64,000 nt of DNA, from NCBI GenBank assembly GCA_015059335.1, contig SVAP01000004.1, positions 20,258 to 84,257 on the forward strand, written 5' to 3'. The position numbers and the translations under genes were made by a program. The DNA comes from Bacillota bacterium (GTDB taxonomy: Bacteria; Bacillota_I; Bacilli_A; RF39; UBA660). The notes below the pieces were generated by a model. The model was not told where the DNA came from. It searched no databases and saw only the letters and a list, made by a program, of their open reading frames with translations. This document shows, one piece after another, positions 61,768-64,000 of this stretch (its first letter is position 1; each line of letters opens with the position of its first letter).

Positions 61768-61792
61768 TTAAATATAGAAGTTTGGTGGTGAT

Positions 61793-63556
61793 TTGATGTT
61801 TGATAACGAATTGAAACAATTATTTGATAATATTCAGTATAAATTAAAATCTAATTCTGAAACAACTTTATCAGATATCGAACAAGAAATATCGTCTATA
61901 AGAAAAAGAGTTGTAACTAAAATAGGAGATATATTATCATATAATGGAATTTCTTTTGATCTTTATAAATTGGAAGGAATAGTAGAAGATTATTTATCAA
62001 ATGAATTAAAACAATTTAATAAAAAGTTTCTTGTTGAAAACTTTCAAAAATTAGCAACCTTTAATTCTTCAGTTCAAGGTTTTATATCTCAACAAGCAAA
62101 ACAGCAAACTGATAAATCAAAAAAAGAGCAAACTGTTGAAGAAATGATGAAAAAAATGGATTATACTATGTCAGAGTATAAAAAAATAACAATAAATTTA
62201 AATGAACAATTTAATAAGTTATTTAAAAAAATATTAAAAGAAAATCCTTTGTATGATAGACCACAAGCAGTAGAAGATATTAAAAGAGTTCTAACATCTG
62301 AAATGAAAGCAGCTCAAGAATATTTAAAAGATAAAAGAAATCAAATTGTTACATCAAATACTACATTAATTATAGAAAGTTCAAAAAGATTAAGCGAACA
62401 TACTGATTATGTTTCAACAACAATGGAACAACCTGAACAAGTGGTTGAGCAAATTAAAAAAGTTGAAGAATCAATTGATAGGGAAATACAAACATCTTAT
62501 GAACAAGATAAATCTTTAGAAGAAACTAATATTACACAAACTACTACTTCTCCAAAAGTTGAATATCAAAGTCCTATTCAAACTGAAAAAAGAGATGATG
62601 TATCAGTAGTAGAAACAAATAATGATGATTATAAAACTTTATATGCTCCAAGTTTTAAATCTTTTGAATCACAAATGTCTAATCAATCAAATGAAGAAAA
62701 ACAAAATTATAGGATTTTAGAAGATGGAACTATAGAGTGGAAACAAGATCCTAGAAAGAATATGTTTACTGATGAAGAAATACAAATGTTTAATAGTCAG
62801 AGTCAAGCACCAACTATAGTTGATAATGAAATAAGAATTATTGATGCAGTAAAGAACCAAATGAATCAACATGTTTGGAAAGATATAGGATTGTATGCAA
62901 CTAGAACAGATACAACGATTGATAATGTTTCTAATGAAATGTTAAGAGAAGTTAGTATTTTATTACAACAAAATGGAATACCAAATAATCCTAATATAAC
63001 TATGCAAATAATCCAACAATTAAATAGTGAGTTAAAAGAAGTTAATAATAATTTAAGTGCTAATATGGTAACTACTTTCACAAATATAAATAATGCAACA
63101 ATGGACTCTATTTCTCAAACATTTTCAATGCAACCAGATGTAAAAGAACAAGAAGTTCAACAATGTTTAGATGTATATTTACAAACTACACAATTAAGAG
63201 GATTTCATTTGAATTGCTCTAATCAATTTGGAAAAGTAGTTAGAGATATATGCAGTCAATATGGTATAAAACAAAATTCTCCACAATTTATAGAAATAAC
63301 AAGAATAGTAGAAAGTAAAAGGATACAGGTAGAAAGTCAATTACATAATATGTTTAATGATTTTTCTAATAGTAATGCCAATTATATTTCTAATACAATT
63401 GGAAGTACAATGTTATCTCAACAATATGTGCAAGGATTACAACAAGAACTAACACCACAACAAATTCAAATGTTATTAGATTACAATAGAACAGAAATAG
63501 AAAAAAATTATAGTATGGAACAAATGCATCAAGATGTAGTGGGAATGTCAAGATAG
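61793..63556 (+). CDS. Gln-rich coiled-coil hypothetical protein
   Basis: 587-aa ORF, Q/E/T-rich linker, ends VVGMSR. Confidence 0.75.
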   Translation: MMFDNELKQLFDNIQYKLKSNSETTLSDIEQEISSIRKRVVTKIGDILSYNGISFDLYKLEGIVEDYLSNELKQFNKKFLVENFQKLATFNSSVQGFISQQAKQQTDKSKKEQTVEEMMKKMDYTMSEYKKITINLNEQFNKLFKKILKENPLYDRPQAVEDIKRVLTSEMKAAQEYLKDKRNQIVTSNTTLIIESSKRLSEHTDYVSTTMEQPEQVVEQIKKVEESIDREIQTSYEQDKSLEETNITQTTTSPKVEYQSPIQTEKRDDVSVVETNNDDYKTLYAPSFKSFESQMSNQSNEEKQNYRILEDGTIEWKQDPRKNMFTDEEIQMFNSQSQAPTIVDNEIRIIDAVKNQMNQHVWKDIGLYATRTDTTIDNVSNEMLREVSILLQQNGIPNNPNITMQIIQQLNSELKEVNNNLSANMVTTFTNINNATMDSISQTFSMQPDVKEQEVQQCLDVYLQTTQLRGFHLNCSNQFGKVVRDICSQYGIKQNSPQFIEITRIVESKRIQVESQLHNMFNDFSNSNANYISNTIGSTMLSQQYVQGLQQELTPQQIQMLLDYNRTEIEKNYSMEQMHQDVVGMSR

Positions 63557-63568
63557 GAGTGAAATTTT

Positions 63569-63901
63569 ATGTATCAATCACAAATAGCAGTTAATTTAAA
63601 AAAGAAAATTGATGAAGAAATGCAAAATTTTAAAACTCAAAATTCCTTAATGACATTAGATGAACAAATTTTAAATGCAAAGAATAAAGATGAGTTGATA
63701 AGCATAAAAAATCATTTAGCAGATATACAAGAGATGGAATTAATGCAACAACAAGGTTTAAGTCAAACCAAACAAAAAACAAAAATTTTATTAAAAAAAG
63801 CAGGATTTGTAGATGTATTAGGGTTATGTATGCTTGTAGGTTTTATAGTAGGAATAGGTATAGGAATAGGATATATTTTATATAGATTTGGATTAAAATA
63901 A
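63569..63901 (+). CDS. Small protein with a C-terminal membrane anchor
   Basis: Basic KQKTKILLKKAGF followed by a hydrophobic C-terminal helix. Confidence 0.75.
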   Translation: MYQSQIAVNLKKKIDEEMQNFKTQNSLMTLDEQILNAKNKDELISIKNHLADIQEMELMQQQGLSQTKQKTKILLKKAGFVDVLGLCMLVGFIVGIGIGIGYILYRFGLK

Positions 63902-63926
63902 AACTTTTAAATATGAGGTAGTAAAG

Positions 63927-64000
63927 ATGAAAAAAAAGAAAGAAATAAATAATAGTATAAAAATTTTAAAATACTTTAAGACTGCTAAATTAAGTGTAGT
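63927..64000 (+). CDS. 5' end of a CDS running out of the window
   Basis: GAGG RBS, ATG, open frame MKKKKEINNSIKILKYFKTAKLSV. Confidence 0.5.
   Translation, partial: MKKKKEINNSIKILKYFKTAKLSV

Larger units (their letters stand above)
54144..64000. mobile_element. Left part of an integrated element inserted in dacB (extends beyond the window)
   Basis: Abrupt dacB truncation followed by a replication-initiator-like HTH gene, an XRE regulator and lineage-specific cargo; integrase not in the window. Confidence 0.65.

Overview
A very AT-rich chromosomal segment of a spore-forming Bacillota/Bacilli-type bacterium. The gene content and style resemble reduced-genome gut Bacilli such as RF39; this is inference only. 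Nearly all genes lie on the + strand. The backbone is housekeeping and sporulation: a permuted dcw cluster (murG-murB-divIB-vanY-like-ftsA-ftsZ ... murE-mraY-spoVE), spoIVFA/B-like genes, L21 leader-rplU-prp-rpmA, obgE, a YtrA-like GntR/ABC operon, holA, pflBA, ftsK/spoIIIE, lon, gmk and an M18 aminopeptidase. Accessory features the ORF track does not explain: (1) A sigmaE-type dacB gene is cut right after its SGN motif. From about 54.1 kb it is followed by a mobile-element-like island (replication-initiator-like HTH, XRE, ECF sigma, JAB-like, ART-like plus NUDIX cargo), so it is a candidate sporulation-gene-interrupting excision element. (2) Inside that island is an unannotated ~115-nt three-hairpin RNA with its own promoter and terminator and repeated UAGUA motifs. 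(3) A complete unannotated type I toxin-antitoxin-like locus at 25.7-25.96 kb carries a LexA-type box in the toxin promoter; matching boxes occur before pflB and an ORF6N gene. (4) Two SipW/TasA-type LRR surface-protein genes have near-identical 5' and 3' ends and a divergent middle. (5) Also present are a Tyr-Asp-repeat Ig-like surface protein, in-frame DNA palindromes in the YhcG and ORF6N genes, and a doubly degenerate hybrid kinase. No tRNA, rRNA, CRISPR array, reverse transcriptase, integrase or transposase was recognised in the window. All family assignments are from motif recognition by eye; no database searches were run.
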